IMG/VR virus record: IMGVR_UViG_3300020473_000023
Coordinates: 32,001-96,000 of that record
Direction: 5' to 3' (one strand)
From: a virus
DNA length: 64,000 nt
In this document: one piece after another, positions 46,313 through 57,287 of the stretch
How positions within the stretch are numbered: position 1 is the stretch's first letter
How the letters are laid out: the number at the start of each line of letters is the position of its first letter
Position numbers and translations under genes: made by a program
The notes under the pieces: generated by a model
Databases searched by the model: none
Told to the model about the DNA's origin: nothing
What the model saw: the letters and a program-made list of their open reading frames with translations, nothing else

Positions 46313-47566
46313 CTATGTGGTCGGTGCATTTGTTGAATAGTTTGCAAAAATGACGCTCCCAGACTCAGGAAGAGAGCCAGTTGTGAAGTACATATTTGAT
46401 CCTGTTACTGAGTAATCTTGATATCCTGCACTGGTAATCGACGTTGCTGGAGCTTGGAAAATACCGTTAACAAAAACAGAGACGTTCTTTACATTGTCGG
46501 GTTGATAATTCAATGTAAATTTTGTATTGGAGCCATTGCTCATTCCAAGATACTCACTAAACACATAGCTTGGTGATGATATTGTAATTGACCCACCAGT
46601 TCCAGAAGAAACAGAGGCAGCGCCTGCAGACCTAATATAGCTTGTCCCATCAGATAGCTTTGTAATAGACCCAGTTATTTGAGAAGACTTTACAGGACCA
46701 GAAAATACTGAACCTGTAAGAGTTGCAATAACAGAATTATTTACAGACAGCGTTAAATTTCCATTCGCACCTGAGTCTGCAGAGCTTAATCCGGTTCCTG
46801 CAACTAGAGCTCTTTCTGCGCTTAGAGACCCAGTCGCTGTCTTGACAAGATACGTTGCATTTGGATCTCCGTCTCCGCCACCGCTGCTGCCACTAGAGAC
46901 AACTTCATCAAGCATTTTTCCGACATAGGCAAAAGCTTTTGCATATGCTGGTATCTTACCTGAATCATAGTCCTGTAAGAATAATATTCCATTATAATAG
47001 TCTACATTCCAGTCAATATTGTCCAAAAGGGGGATCTCATCGCCAACAGACCCGCTATCATCTTCAAAAATTTTCACTATATACGGATTTGGTGAGTCCT
47101 GTGAAAAGAACGGAGGAATTAGCTGAAGCGAGCCAAGTGTTTCATGAACGATCTTGTTATTGTTAAACGTTCCATTTCCCTCTCTGGAATTGCTAGAGTT
47201 TGACACATAGTCGGAAGGCATTACAAACTTATAACAGTGCGGACCAGACGACTGAGATGACTCTCCAGAATCTGATCCAGCACCACCGCCAGAAGAGTCA
47301 GCATCGTATGTAGTTCCAGTTAGTACTGTGAGGGCAAATTGAATATATTCAACAGTTGCCGGAGCACCGTTTGAAGCACTTTGAAGCAGATAGAGCGTCT
47401 GACTTGGGCCCGTAGGTATCTCTTCTCCAAATATAAGCTTTGATGAAGCTTGGATGTTTGATCCAATAACTTCCTCACCGTCAACTTTTAGATTTGATGT
47501 GTGAGCTTTCCCAAGTAGCTTCTTCTGTGCGAAGAAAGTTGCTGAAGTGTTACTTTTTCCTGCCAT
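46313..47566 (-). CDS. Putative virion structural protein
   Basis: G/S/T-rich, W.VDYYNGIL, C-terminal VFVNG...DY beta domain. Confidence 0.65.
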   Translation of the reverse strand: MAGKSNTSATFFAQKKLLGKAHTSNLKVDGEEVIGSNIQASSKLIFGEEIPTGPSQTLYLLQSASNGAPATVEYIQFALTVLTGTTYDADSSGGGAGSDSGESSQSSGPHCYKFVMPSDYVSNSSNSREGNGTFNNNKIVHETLGSLQLIPPFFSQDSPNPYIVKIFEDDSGSVGDEIPLLDNIDWNVDYYNGILFLQDYDSGKIPAYAKAFAYVGKMLDEVVSSGSSGGGDGDPNATYLVKTATGSLSAERALVAGTGLSSADSGANGNLTLSVNNSVIATLTGSVFSGPVKSSQITGSITKLSDGTSYIRSAGAASVSSGTGGSITISSPSYVFSEYLGMSNGSNTKFTLNYQPDNVKNVSVFVNGIFQAPATSITSAGYQDYSVTGSNMYFTTGSLPESGSVIFANYSTNAPTT

Positions 47567-47567
47567 A

Positions 47568-50500
47568 CTAGCTCCAAGCCACGCTTACTTGTGACACATA
47601 TCCGGTCCAGCTTTTATGAGCAGATATCTTTATTACGAGATATTCTTGACCTGATACAGTTCCATCTACTGTAGATCCATTAAACGTGCACGAGTTTGCT
47701 GCACCACCACCATCGACAGTTGCATCGAGGTCTCCGCTTAGGCAGCCATCTCCAGCACTAATGTTTCCTGCTCCGGCAGAAGGCTTACCTAGATCTAAAA
47801 ATCCCGTCTTTCCTGGAACATTAACTTCAATAAAGATATTTTTATTAGCACCTAGAGAAGCAGCATTTCCCCCTGTCTTTCCTACAATTGTAGCATCTCC
47901 ATATACTGTAATTGTCACACTGGGTCTATCGTTTGCTGTGTTATTTAAAAATCCTCTGTAATATTCTCTAGTTGCAACACCAAGAGAGCTGTAGTTTACG
48001 TTGCTTATCGGACCATCAAGAACACCTCCCTCACTATATCTTCTAAAGTCTCCGCTATTGCCGCCCTTTAGTGGGCTTATTAGTTTTCCATCGTATAGCA
48101 TAAGGCCTGTGTAATATCCAGAAAAATTACTATTATCATTGATTGACCCTGTAGATGACCAGTTATAAGCAACAGCAGTGACATTTGCCTGTGCAGAAAA
48201 ACTCCCACTCTGAATTCTAAATACCTCTCCATTAAAGTACTCAGTGGTATTTGCATTTGAATTATCGCTTGCAGAGTAGACATGAAGAATTGATGATGTC
48301 ACAACAGACGTTGTTAGATTTGTCTTGAGTGGGTGATCAAAAACTAAAGATCCAGATGCACTATATGAAGTTGAAAAAGATCCGCTTAGCGATGATGATC
48401 GAGAAAACTGTATAGATCCTGTAATATGAACATCAGCATTTTGAGAATTTGTAGATGTGCTTAGTGTTTGAAGGCTGTCTGTAGAAGAGTTAGTTGACTT
48501 TGTCGAGGAAAGTCCGGTACCGGCCTGAACTATCTTTACACCTGTTGCATTTGTCAGATTTGTAAATGATATTGCTGAATTACTGTCTGAGTAAACGTTT
48601 TTATAGAGGTTTGACACCCTGGCTTCGATGCTTCCGCTCGGCTGTACAAAGTATTTTACACCGCTTAGGTAGAATAGATTGTCGTCTCCAAAGGGTTGCA
48701 GAATTAACCCAGCAGCACTTAGTGCGTTTGAATCATTGTCATTTACCCATTCAACATAATTTGTAGTTCGTGTCCCCCAGCTTCCAACATGCTTTACTCT
48801 TGCATAATTCCATCCATTTCTCTGATGCCCTGTATGCACTCTATACTTTCCTGTTCTATGTGTCTCAAGGTAGTAGGGAACTTCATTATCCCACTCTGCA
48901 GGTCTCCAGACGCTTAGGTCAAAAAATCCACTATTGCTAGTAAAAGATGTGCCTGTTCCTGAGCCTGGCTCTCCGGCACCGACGTTATTATATGCACCTG
49001 CTAAGCTAACTGTATGAACATCAGAGCCATTTACCTCTAAGACTAATGATCCGCTACTTGCATCAGAGAATGAATTAGCAACATAGTCTGGAGAATTTGC
49101 AGAAACATCTTCGTTTAAGTCTCCTTCAACGATCGTATTAAGTGCAAACACAGAGCGCCTAAGGTTGTTAGAAGAGGCAGCAGTCTGATATTTTCCATTA
49201 ACATCTACAGCAGAAAATCCAGCAGCAGTCCCTACATCTGTATATCCCGATATTGACTTTGAAGATCCAAAAGAAAGATTACAATCTGTACCATCATCAT
49301 TGCAGTCAATATCATCTAGATCTGGAATAGCGGTTATTGTACCTGTTCCTGCTCCAAATGTAACAGTAATTTGGCTTATATAGCCTGTCCAACCAGTGTC
49401 TGCCTCAATTCTTAGTCCAATATATTCATCATCTCCGACTCCAACTGTACCAAGCGTAACATAGTTTGTAGCGTTTAAGCTGCTATCAAAGCTTAGTGCG
49501 CCATTGGCTGTGTGTGCACCATCATTATCATCATAGTCATCAAGTACAAACTCAGTTGCTAGATCAAGCCAGCCAGTCTCCCTAGTTCCATCTGACGGGA
49601 ATTTAACAAAGACTCTAATTCTCCCACTATTAAGTGCTGTCGCTGCTGTGACAATCGTTGTTCCCGATCCGTTAATTGCAATCGTTAGATCGTACTTTGT
49701 TGATCCAGTTTCATTTTTAAACCATCTATAGAATGTTCTCTGTCCGGACTCTCCAGAATAATTTGGATTTCCCGGTGGAGAATTATCTAGCTTTCCGCTC
49801 TCTGAGGAGTCTCTAAAGTCACCCGATCTTAATGTACTAGTTGGCGAATAAAGTCTTGAGTTATAGAATTGCAACCCATTGCTATGCCCACCGTTTGAGG
49901 ATGTTATATGCTTCTCAGAATCCCAATTATTTGCAGAGTTGATTAAAGAAGCCTGTGTACTATAAGCCCCGCTAGTAATCCTATATTCTTCTCTTCTAAA
50001 GGTTTCTGACTGAGCTGTTGATGTATTTGACAAGTTATACATCAATATTCCTGTGGTGGATGCTTGACCACTATTTGAAAGATTGGACTTAAGTGGGTGT
50101 GTAACGTTTATACCGGCTGTTAGTGCTCCACTTATAAAGTAATTTGAAGTTACAGCCCCTGATCCAGTTATATGAAGAACCTTTGTGTGTGTTTCGCCTG
50201 CTCCTATGGAAGGCTTTGACTGTGCACTTATTGAGAATGATGGGCTTGAGCTCTCTGCAGCACTATTTGAAGTTGTAAAAGTTATATTAGTACTATCATA
50301 AACATACTTGTATGCATTCGTGACCCTGGCAGCATACGTTGCTGTTCCGCTTTGAAAGTATTCAATTCCAGACAAATGGATGCTACCGGAGCCTACAAAT
50401 GATAATTCATTTCCTGCAGCAGCCAGGGCATCGGGATTGTCATCATTGACCCATTCAATATAATTTGTATTTGAGGTTGTTCCTGTCATAACATGTGAAA

Positions 50501-51350
50501 CTCTAGCATAGTTCCATCCACGCCTTTGACTTCCTGATGCTATAACAAATTGACCTGTTCTGTGCTTAAAGGATGCAAAAGAATTTCCATTTGAAAGTGT
50601 CCCTGTTGACTCAGTAGAAAAGAAATTAAAGCCGGAGCCATTTGCATCAAGATAGGAGCCCGTTCCAAGCCCAGATGTCCCACTTCCGATGATTGCAGTA
50701 GTTAGATCAATCTCCTTAATTGTAGACCCATTAACCTCAAGTCGAAGAACACCCGTCTCACCGTTTCCAAAGGAAAATTCAGGATAATTTTGTACGCTAT
50801 TTCCCTGGCTATTAGATCCTACGTCAGCATTTAAGACACCGCTTATGTGTGCATCACCATCAAAGACCCCAAGCCGTATATTATTACTACTAGTCGTTAC
50901 TGTATAAGATCCGTTTACATCAACAGCAGAAAGCCCAGCAGAAGTTGAAACACTAATATATGCAGGGGACCCAGAAGACTGGTTGTTGCTAGACCCAAAA
51001 GAAAGAATTGAAGCTGTCCCAGTATTTTTAGAGCTTATGTCATCTAGGTCCGGAGCGGGATCAGGCGCAAGTGCCTTAAGAACTTCATTAAATTTATCAA
51101 TAGCTGTACCTATTGCTGTCGAAGAAGTAAAGCTAGAAAATAATCCGTCTGTGTAGTCACTATCTTCTGCGGTCCCAATTGTAGATCCTGCTGATATTGA
51201 TGCTGATATTGCAAAGGAACCAGATCCCATATCAGCTATTGTAATATTGTCTCCAGCCTTCAGAGTACCAGATAGAAATCCGCCAAATCCGTCAGCAATT
51301 TGAATAGACCCAACAGACCCTGAGGATTCAGTAACTCTAGTGGCTGTCAT
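47568..51350 (-). CDS. Large virion structural protein made of two ~576-aa tandem repeats
   Basis: Duplicated PDLDDI, LSFGSS, LEVNGS, HRTG, GWNYARV.H, TNY.EWVND, HPLK.NL, WTGY.SQ. Confidence 0.75.
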   Translation of the reverse strand: MTATRVTESSGSVGSIQIADGFGGFLSGTLKAGDNITIADMGSGSFAISASISAGSTIGTAEDSDYTDGLFSSFTSSTAIGTAIDKFNEVLKALAPDPAPDLDDISSKNTGTASILSFGSSNNQSSGSPAYISVSTSAGLSAVDVNGSYTVTTSSNNIRLGVFDGDAHISGVLNADVGSNSQGNSVQNYPEFSFGNGETGVLRLEVNGSTIKEIDLTTAIIGSGTSGLGTGSYLDANGSGFNFFSTESTGTLSNGNSFASFKHRTGQFVIASGSQRRGWNYARVSHVMTGTTSNTNYIEWVNDDNPDALAAAGNELSFVGSGSIHLSGIEYFQSGTATYAARVTNAYKYVYDSTNITFTTSNSAAESSSPSFSISAQSKPSIGAGETHTKVLHITGSGAVTSNYFISGALTAGINVTHPLKSNLSNSGQASTTGILMYNLSNTSTAQSETFRREEYRITSGAYSTQASLINSANNWDSEKHITSSNGGHSNGLQFYNSRLYSPTSTLRSGDFRDSSESGKLDNSPPGNPNYSGESGQRTFYRWFKNETGSTKYDLTIAINGSGTTIVTAATALNSGRIRVFVKFPSDGTRETGWLDLATEFVLDDYDDNDGAHTANGALSFDSSLNATNYVTLGTVGVGDDEYIGLRIEADTGWTGYISQITVTFGAGTGTITAIPDLDDIDCNDDGTDCNLSFGSSKSISGYTDVGTAAGFSAVDVNGKYQTAASSNNLRRSVFALNTIVEGDLNEDVSANSPDYVANSFSDASSGSLVLEVNGSDVHTVSLAGAYNNVGAGEPGSGTGTSFTSNSGFFDLSVWRPAEWDNEVPYYLETHRTGKYRVHTGHQRNGWNYARVKHVGSWGTRTTNYVEWVNDNDSNALSAAGLILQPFGDDNLFYLSGVKYFVQPSGSIEARVSNLYKNVYSDSNSAISFTNLTNATGVKIVQAGTGLSSTKSTNSSTDSLQTLSTSTNSQNADVHITGSIQFSRSSSLSGSFSTSYSASGSLVFDHPLKTNLTTSVVTSSILHVYSASDNSNANTTEYFNGEVFRIQSGSFSAQANVTAVAYNWSSTGSINDNSNFSGYYTGLMLYDGKLISPLKGGNSGDFRRYSEGGVLDGPISNVNYSSLGVATREYYRGFLNNTANDRPSVTITVYGDATIVGKTGGNAASLGANKNIFIEVNVPGKTGFLDLGKPSAGAGNISAGDGCLSGDLDATVDGGGAANSCTFNGSTVDGTVSGQEYLVIKISAHKSWTGYVSQVSVAWS

Positions 51351-51428
51351 TTTTTACCCCGAGATGATAACAAAAAGATCACAGATGTTTCATAAAAGTA
51401 CCATCTCTATGATCTATTGTTAAAAAGC

Positions 51429-51845
51429 TTACCGTTCCTTTTCAGTCCGCCTATCCTGATAGTCAGACCGAATAGTTTTAATTGGAACAGGCTCACCATC
51501 TCCATCTATTCTGACAAAAACCATATCAACAGAAACAACATTTCTCTGTGACCCATTGTAGACACTATGCCTTCTAGCTTCTAGCCTAATTGTAATTGAT
51601 GAAGTTCCGATTCTTATAACATCAGCGTATATCTTAATAATCTGTCCAGCCCTAACAGGTTTCTGAAAGACTACTTCAGAAATTGACTTAGTAACCATTT
51701 TTGGTGTACCACACACTTGGGCTGTGAACGCAGCTCCTGCTTCATCAAGCCACGAAAGCATTACGCCTCCGAACAAGTTTCCATGCATCCCTAAGTTCTG
51801 GGTCTTGCAAATGTGCGTTGATACAAGTTCCATTTTATGTCTCAC
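51429..51845 (-). CDS. Hotdog-fold acyl-CoA thioesterase (YciA-like)
   Basis: HGNLFGG.ML.W.DEAG, VT, F.KPV..G, GTSSI, FV.ID..G.P. Confidence 0.88.
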   Translation of the reverse strand: MRHKMELVSTHICKTQNLGMHGNLFGGVMLSWLDEAGAAFTAQVCGTPKMVTKSISEVVFQKPVRAGQIIKIYADVIRIGTSSITIRLEARRHSVYNGSQRNVVSVDMVFVRIDGDGEPVPIKTIRSDYQDRRTEKER

Positions 51846-51849
51846 AAAG

Positions 51850-52770
51850 CTATAGACAATACATAGGAGACTGTCTCACGATTTGAAGGTTTGATTCGAG
51901 ATCAAATCCAGCGCAGTCAATCTTTCTCCTTGTCAGGTGAAAGTGATGAATAAAACCCTCAAACTTTCCCTTAGAAGCCTCTGGTGACACACCAGTTGAC
52001 ATCTCACCATTTTTCATTGGACAGGCTAATGGGATTCCGTATCCGATATGGATTGCTTTCCACAGCGCTCTGGCTGCCTCAATCTGTATTGGATAAAATC
52101 CGAGATGAGGCTTATGCTTGCTCCCATGGGTCCATGAATCCTCCAAAATTGGTCTAGCTCCCAGGCCATTTTTTTCATACCAGCTCTGATACTTTGTATA
52201 ATACGCATTTGATATCTCCACACCAATAGATTTTTGATTCCACTTTTGACCACCGGCGTGCCAGGCACCGTGCTGAGTGTCTAGCAGCTGATAAATTGTA
52301 CCATCATTATCAATACAAAAGTGAACAGAGGCACCTCTCTTCTTTAGTACATTTGCACATGAATCTGATGACAGGCAGACATCCCAGTGATTAACGAAGA
52401 ATGTTGGCTTTCTTTCTGGCTTTCCTGAATAGTCGTAGTAGTTTCCCTTCTTTGTTTCTAGCCCTCCGTGCTCATCCCAAAGAACAACCTTTTTCCACTC
52501 AATTGGAATGAACTTTCCATTATGAACTATCCATCTATTAGAGTCAAATCGCCTATTAGCTGGTTTAAAGCTAGATATTTCTGACTCTCTTTCAGTCCAG
52601 ATTCTTCTGTATGTGGTGGGCCCAACCAGGCCGTCAGCTGTTAGACCATTCTCTCTTTGCCACTTTCTAACTGCTGATGTTAAAGTATCGTCAAAATAAT
52701 CACATCCAAACCATCCAGGCTCCCACCCAAGATTTGAGGCAGAAGATCTATTATAAAATACTTTATCCAT
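51850..52770 (-). CDS. Endolysin: peptidoglycan-binding domain plus Amidase_2
   Basis: AVRKWQ..NGLTADGLVGPTT, HWD, SVHF.ID.DG.IYQ, AWHAG, SIGVE, H...K.DC. Confidence 0.88.
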   Translation of the reverse strand: MDKVFYNRSSASNLGWEPGWFGCDYFDDTLTSAVRKWQRENGLTADGLVGPTTYRRIWTERESEISSFKPANRRFDSNRWIVHNGKFIPIEWKKVVLWDEHGGLETKKGNYYDYSGKPERKPTFFVNHWDVCLSSDSCANVLKKRGASVHFCIDNDGTIYQLLDTQHGAWHAGGQKWNQKSIGVEISNAYYTKYQSWYEKNGLGARPILEDSWTHGSKHKPHLGFYPIQIEAARALWKAIHIGYGIPLACPMKNGEMSTGVSPEASKGKFEGFIHHFHLTRRKIDCAGFDLESNLQIVRQSPMYCL

Positions 52771-52773
52771 ATC

Positions 52774-53376
52774 TCACTCAAAATCTATGTCAACTGAGAC
52801 GTTAATGTTAAACTTGGGAACTCTTAGCTGATTTGCCATTCCATGCTTTTTAGCCTCAGTTGCATCTAGAAACCAATCAGCATGACCCTTCCTGTGGACA
52901 ATCTTAAGAAAATAATCATCTTTCTTTCCACAATTACGAGCCATCATTGAATATACTTTTTGATTTAGTCTGTCTGTCTCTTCCGCACTGACCTTGACTT
53001 CTTCAACCTTCCCCCACGCCATACTTGAAACGTCGTGAATCATCACAGTGGCATCAGGATCCATAAACCTCATTCCCTGCTCACCAAAGGAAAAAAGTAT
53101 GGCGCCGCAAGACATCGCTTTTCCTTCAACGATTGTAGCTATGGGAAGCTCTGAATGACTTATGGCACTAATCATGGACATCAAACTGTAGACCTGTCCG
53201 CCATACGAGTCTATAACAACAGGAACTACCTTTTGTCCTGTATTGTGAGCTTGGGCCATTTGCTGCTGAAACTCTTTTGCAGATTTTTCATCAAACTTAT
53301 TTACAGTAATTATTACTGGATTTTTTCTTAGCTCCACTTCCTTAATAAGCGGAGACATACTAGTCGTCCATTTCAT
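52774..53376 (-). CDS. clpP: ClpP-family protease
   Basis: IDSYGG, AMSCG (Ser), MIHD (His), DWFL.A.EA...G. Confidence 0.85.
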   Translation of the reverse strand: MKWTTSMSPLIKEVELRKNPVIITVNKFDEKSAKEFQQQMAQAHNTGQKVVPVVIDSYGGQVYSLMSMISAISHSELPIATIVEGKAMSCGAILFSFGEQGMRFMDPDATVMIHDVSSMAWGKVEEVKVSAEETDRLNQKVYSMMARNCGKKDDYFLKIVHRKGHADWFLDATEAKKHGMANQLRVPKFNINVSVDIDFE

Positions 53377-53392
53377 TGTATATACTATTCCT

Positions 53393-55855
53393 TTAAGAGC
53401 ACTTTGACCAGCCGCAAGACATGCATGTCACACAGCCTTCTTGATATCTTAGTGAATCCACTGCATCACAGCTTTCACAAATATTTTTTCCTGGAGAGGT
53501 TCCATCCTGGATGTAAGTTTTTAGGACTCTTGCAATCACTCTGGAGAATGAAAACATATCCATTTCTCTATCTTTTTGAAGCTGTTCAACAACATAATTG
53601 ATAGGTGCTCCGTGTCTCAATGCAAGAGAGATAGTCCTTGTAAATCCAGCGTGATTTGGATTATCAAACACATCAACAATATCTTTTATAAGAATTTCGT
53701 CTTCAGGGACACCAATTCTAAGATCATATCTAGAATTCTTCGTCTTATAGTGGTGCTTGATAATCGTGCCTTTTCTATACTTCTTAGGGATCTCTATATA
53801 CTTCTGGAGACCTCCCATGACCTCATAGGGCCTTCCACCCATTAGGCCAACAAGAATAGTCCAGGCCTCACCCTTGATGGTTGCATGGTGTATAGAGCAC
53901 TCTAGCTCGAAGGGCCTGAAGGGTGCCTCGTGCGTCTTAAAGGCCTGGTCCTCTTCTTTTTCTTCTCCGATCAAGACGCCAGTTCTACATCCGTCTCTGT
54001 ATACAGTTAAGCCCTTACAGCCTAACTCCCAACCTGCCTCATAAATCTTTTTTACCTCATCGACAGTCACATCACTGGGAAGGTTAATGGTAGAGGATAT
54101 CCCGTGATCAATCCATCTTTGTGCCGCAGCCTGAAGCTTGACTCTTGATTTCCAGTTAATTTCACTTGCTGTTGACATGTGATACGGAGAGTCTTCAATT
54201 TCGGAAAGACCAGTTTTATCCATCCAGTCTTTAAATCCATGATGATACACTTCATACTCCTTCCAGGAGTCTCCGAGATCATCTATAAAGTCTGCCTCTA
54301 CACCTTCAGTTGTCTGACTTATCTTTCTTCTTCTTGTGTATTTTAACATAAATGCTGGTTCAATTCCACTTGAGGTCTGTGTTAAAGTTGAGACAGATCC
54401 AGCAGGTGCAGTTGTTAAAATTGAAATATTTCTTCTTCCTGTGCTCTTGCTCATTTTAAGTGTCTGATTGCATGAATCCCAGATTCTCTCTAGAAATGGG
54501 TGCCCGACCTCTCTATCATGATTGTGAATGGGGAAGGCCCCTCTTTCAGATGCCATAATACATGAAGACTTGTACGCAGAGACAGCAAGAGTTTTATATA
54601 TTTCTTCAACTATGGTAATAGACTTTTCACTTCCGTATCTTATTCCAAGAGAGGCAAGTGTGTCTCCTACAGCAGTAACTCCCAGCCCCGTTCTTCTTCC
54701 ATTTAGTGCCTTTTTTCTAATTGTCTCCCATAGATCCTTTTCAATCTTCTTGACTTCTTTGGCTTCCGGATCCCTCTTAATTTTTCTTAAAATCTTGTCT
54801 ATTTGTTCAACTTCAAGATCAATCATGTCGTCCATTAGCCTTTGTGCCTTGACGGCACAGTCACCAAATCTTTCAAAATCAAACGAAGCTGACTCAGTAA
54901 ATGGATCATCAACAAAAGAAATAAGATTAACAAGCATCAGTCGACACGAATCATAGGGAGCAAGAGGTAGCTCAGAACAGGGATTGGTAGAGGTTGTTCC
55001 ATACCCCTCTTCTCCATAGACATCAGCAGGAGAATTTCTAATAACTGAATCCCAAAAAATTAAACCCGGCTCAGCAGAATCATGAGCAGCATCAATTATT
55101 TCATCCCAGATCTCTCTTGCATCAACCCAGCTTTCAACAATGTGATCTGCATCTTTCTCAACTGGAAACCTGAGGTGTAGATTTTCATTATTCTTAACAG
55201 CCGTTAAAAATTCATCAGAAAGCCTAATTGAAATATTTGCGCCTGTTACCTTCTTTCTGTCTCTTTTAATGTTGATATAGTCACTAATCTGAGGATGATG
55301 GACAGAGATAGTAAGCATTAGGGCACCTCTTCTGCCTCCTTGTGCCACCTCTCTTGTAGAGTTGGAAAATCTCTCCATAAAGACTTCTATTCCATCTGTA
55401 GTTCTAGCTGCATTTCCAGTCGGCAAACCTTTCGGCCTTAGGGTAGAAATATCAAATCCAACTCCTCCACGACGCTTGGCAATCTGAACAAGCTCTTGAT
55501 CCGACTTTAGTATTCCTCCATAAGAATCTCTAGGCGATTCAATGACAAAGCAATTAGAAATAGACTGTATCTGATTATTGTTTCCAATTCCCGCCATGGG
55601 CGACCCTTGTGGGACTACGTATTTAAACTCTCTAAAGAGCTCGTAGATCTCATCTTCTGAAAGTGGGTTGGGATACTTTGATTCAATTCTAGAAAACTCT
55701 TTAGCAAGCCTCCTGTGCATATCATCAGGGGTTCTCTCTTGGTATCCTCCGGCACGATCACAAAGAGCATACTTGGTCGCAAAGACACTGGCTGCCAAAT
55801 CATCACCATTGAAGTATTCAGTCGAAGAACTGATCACATCTTCAAGTTTATGCAT
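53393..55855 (-). CDS. nrdJ: Class II (B12-dependent) ribonucleotide reductase
   Basis: SNCFV, GGVG, RRGA, NPCSE, APAGS, YRDGCR, C-terminal TSCPD-like region and CxxC...CxxC ribbon. Confidence 0.9.
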   Translation of the reverse strand: MHKLEDVISSSTEYFNGDDLAASVFATKYALCDRAGGYQERTPDDMHRRLAKEFSRIESKYPNPLSEDEIYELFREFKYVVPQGSPMAGIGNNNQIQSISNCFVIESPRDSYGGILKSDQELVQIAKRRGGVGFDISTLRPKGLPTGNAARTTDGIEVFMERFSNSTREVAQGGRRGALMLTISVHHPQISDYINIKRDRKKVTGANISIRLSDEFLTAVKNNENLHLRFPVEKDADHIVESWVDAREIWDEIIDAAHDSAEPGLIFWDSVIRNSPADVYGEEGYGTTSTNPCSELPLAPYDSCRLMLVNLISFVDDPFTESASFDFERFGDCAVKAQRLMDDMIDLEVEQIDKILRKIKRDPEAKEVKKIEKDLWETIRKKALNGRRTGLGVTAVGDTLASLGIRYGSEKSITIVEEIYKTLAVSAYKSSCIMASERGAFPIHNHDREVGHPFLERIWDSCNQTLKMSKSTGRRNISILTTAPAGSVSTLTQTSSGIEPAFMLKYTRRRKISQTTEGVEADFIDDLGDSWKEYEVYHHGFKDWMDKTGLSEIEDSPYHMSTASEINWKSRVKLQAAAQRWIDHGISSTINLPSDVTVDEVKKIYEAGWELGCKGLTVYRDGCRTGVLIGEEKEEDQAFKTHEAPFRPFELECSIHHATIKGEAWTILVGLMGGRPYEVMGGLQKYIEIPKKYRKGTIIKHHYKTKNSRYDLRIGVPEDEILIKDIVDVFDNPNHAGFTRTISLALRHGAPINYVVEQLQKDREMDMFSFSRVIARVLKTYIQDGTSPGKNICESCDAVDSLRYQEGCVTCMSCGWSKCS

Positions 55856-55892
55856 ATTTTAATCTCTCCAAGATTTTTAAAATTACAGCAGA

Positions 55893-57287
55893 CTAACTAT
55901 TACTGTTAATCTCCTTCCACTTATTCTTCAGTATGGTTTTCATGTCATTATTATCTGACCTTAAAGCCTCGCTCAGTGTCATTTCATCGTCATTGTCGAC
56001 AACAAGGATTTTTGACCTAGCAGTGTCCATCCTCATTGGAAATAAAACACCGTCTCTTCCTGCTCTATTTTTTGCAATAAATATTCTACCAAGGCCGCTG
56101 GACTTTTCTGTCGGCTTTCTAGAAAGTGAAACCACAACATCGGCAACCATCGCTTTTCCATATGCTTCTGACATATTTTCAAGACCAACAATGTCTGAAT
56201 TAGCAGAATCTCTATTGGCTTGAGAAGCGGTCCAGACAGGAATATTCATATCCATTGCTAGATTTCTTAATTCTTCATAGATCAGCTTGAGTTCATGCCT
56301 AAGCGAATCATACTTCCTAGAAGATCTCATGATATCAGCGTAATCAATTACAATTAAGCTTGGAACGAATCCCTTTAAGGATAGCTTTTCCATGTGGTTC
56401 CTAATCATCATTACTGTAGCTGATCCTGTCGGATATTCCTTAATAATCAGTCTTCCAAGATCCATATCATTATACTTCTTAAGTACTTCATCCTTTCTAT
56501 CAATAACTTCATTGCTTGGAATGTCACAAAAATTAGAATCGTATCTTAAGCCGACAGCAGTTTCTGAAAGTTCGAAAGTGTAGTGAACGACATTCTTTCC
56601 ACGCCTTAAAGCTTCAGCACCCACACTAACGAGGAAGTGACTCTTTCCGACACCCGTATTGGCTGTCACAACTCCAATCTCACCTCGACCAAGTCCGCCG
56701 TTTAATATGTCTTTCTTATCAAGCTGAGGGATTCCAGTAGGGCATGCACATCTACTAATGTGAACAAACCGAGCTTCAGCGTCTTCCATAAAGTCATGGC
56801 CAATTGAAGCGGGCATTCCTACAGATAGTGCGTGTCTCATAAGATCCATCACAGACTCTAGCTTACCACCTGAAATTCTTTCAACTGCCTCTTCCAGGGC
56901 TTCTTTCATTGCTTGCTGCTTACAGAAATCAAGCGTCTTTTCTTTGACAAACTTAAGATCCCCCACATCAGGGTTCATCCTAATTCTATGCAAGAATTCA
57001 ACTATTTGATCTCTAAGAATTATGTCCTTTCCCTCTCTTAGATCGTCACGAACTATCGTGATCAAGAGAGGGAGTGTGGGAAAGTCCTTGTACTTAAGAT
57101 AGTAAGAAAAGTACTTGTCTGAGAGATATCTCAAATACTTTAAATCAAAGTACGTCGGAGTCATAACCTCCGACATCTGTGTAGACCAATTCTTGTCAGT
57201 GATTAGGCACTGAAAGATTTTCTCCTGAAAGGACTTGCCATATTGCTTAAAGTGTGCAGTCCCTTCAGAAGCATACTCATTTATCAT
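55893..57287 (-). CDS. Replicative helicase (DnaB/T4 gp41-like)
   Basis: ANTGVGKS, TFEL, KEYP, IDYAD, TASQANR, KNRAG. Confidence 0.92.
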   Translation of the reverse strand: MINEYASEGTAHFKQYGKSFQEKIFQCLITDKNWSTQMSEVMTPTYFDLKYLRYLSDKYFSYYLKYKDFPTLPLLITIVRDDLREGKDIILRDQIVEFLHRIRMNPDVGDLKFVKEKTLDFCKQQAMKEALEEAVERISGGKLESVMDLMRHALSVGMPASIGHDFMEDAEARFVHISRCACPTGIPQLDKKDILNGGLGRGEIGVVTANTGVGKSHFLVSVGAEALRRGKNVVHYTFELSETAVGLRYDSNFCDIPSNEVIDRKDEVLKKYNDMDLGRLIIKEYPTGSATVMMIRNHMEKLSLKGFVPSLIVIDYADIMRSSRKYDSLRHELKLIYEELRNLAMDMNIPVWTASQANRDSANSDIVGLENMSEAYGKAMVADVVVSLSRKPTEKSSGLGRIFIAKNRAGRDGVLFPMRMDTARSKILVVDNDDEMTLSEALRSDNNDMKTILKNKWKEINSNS

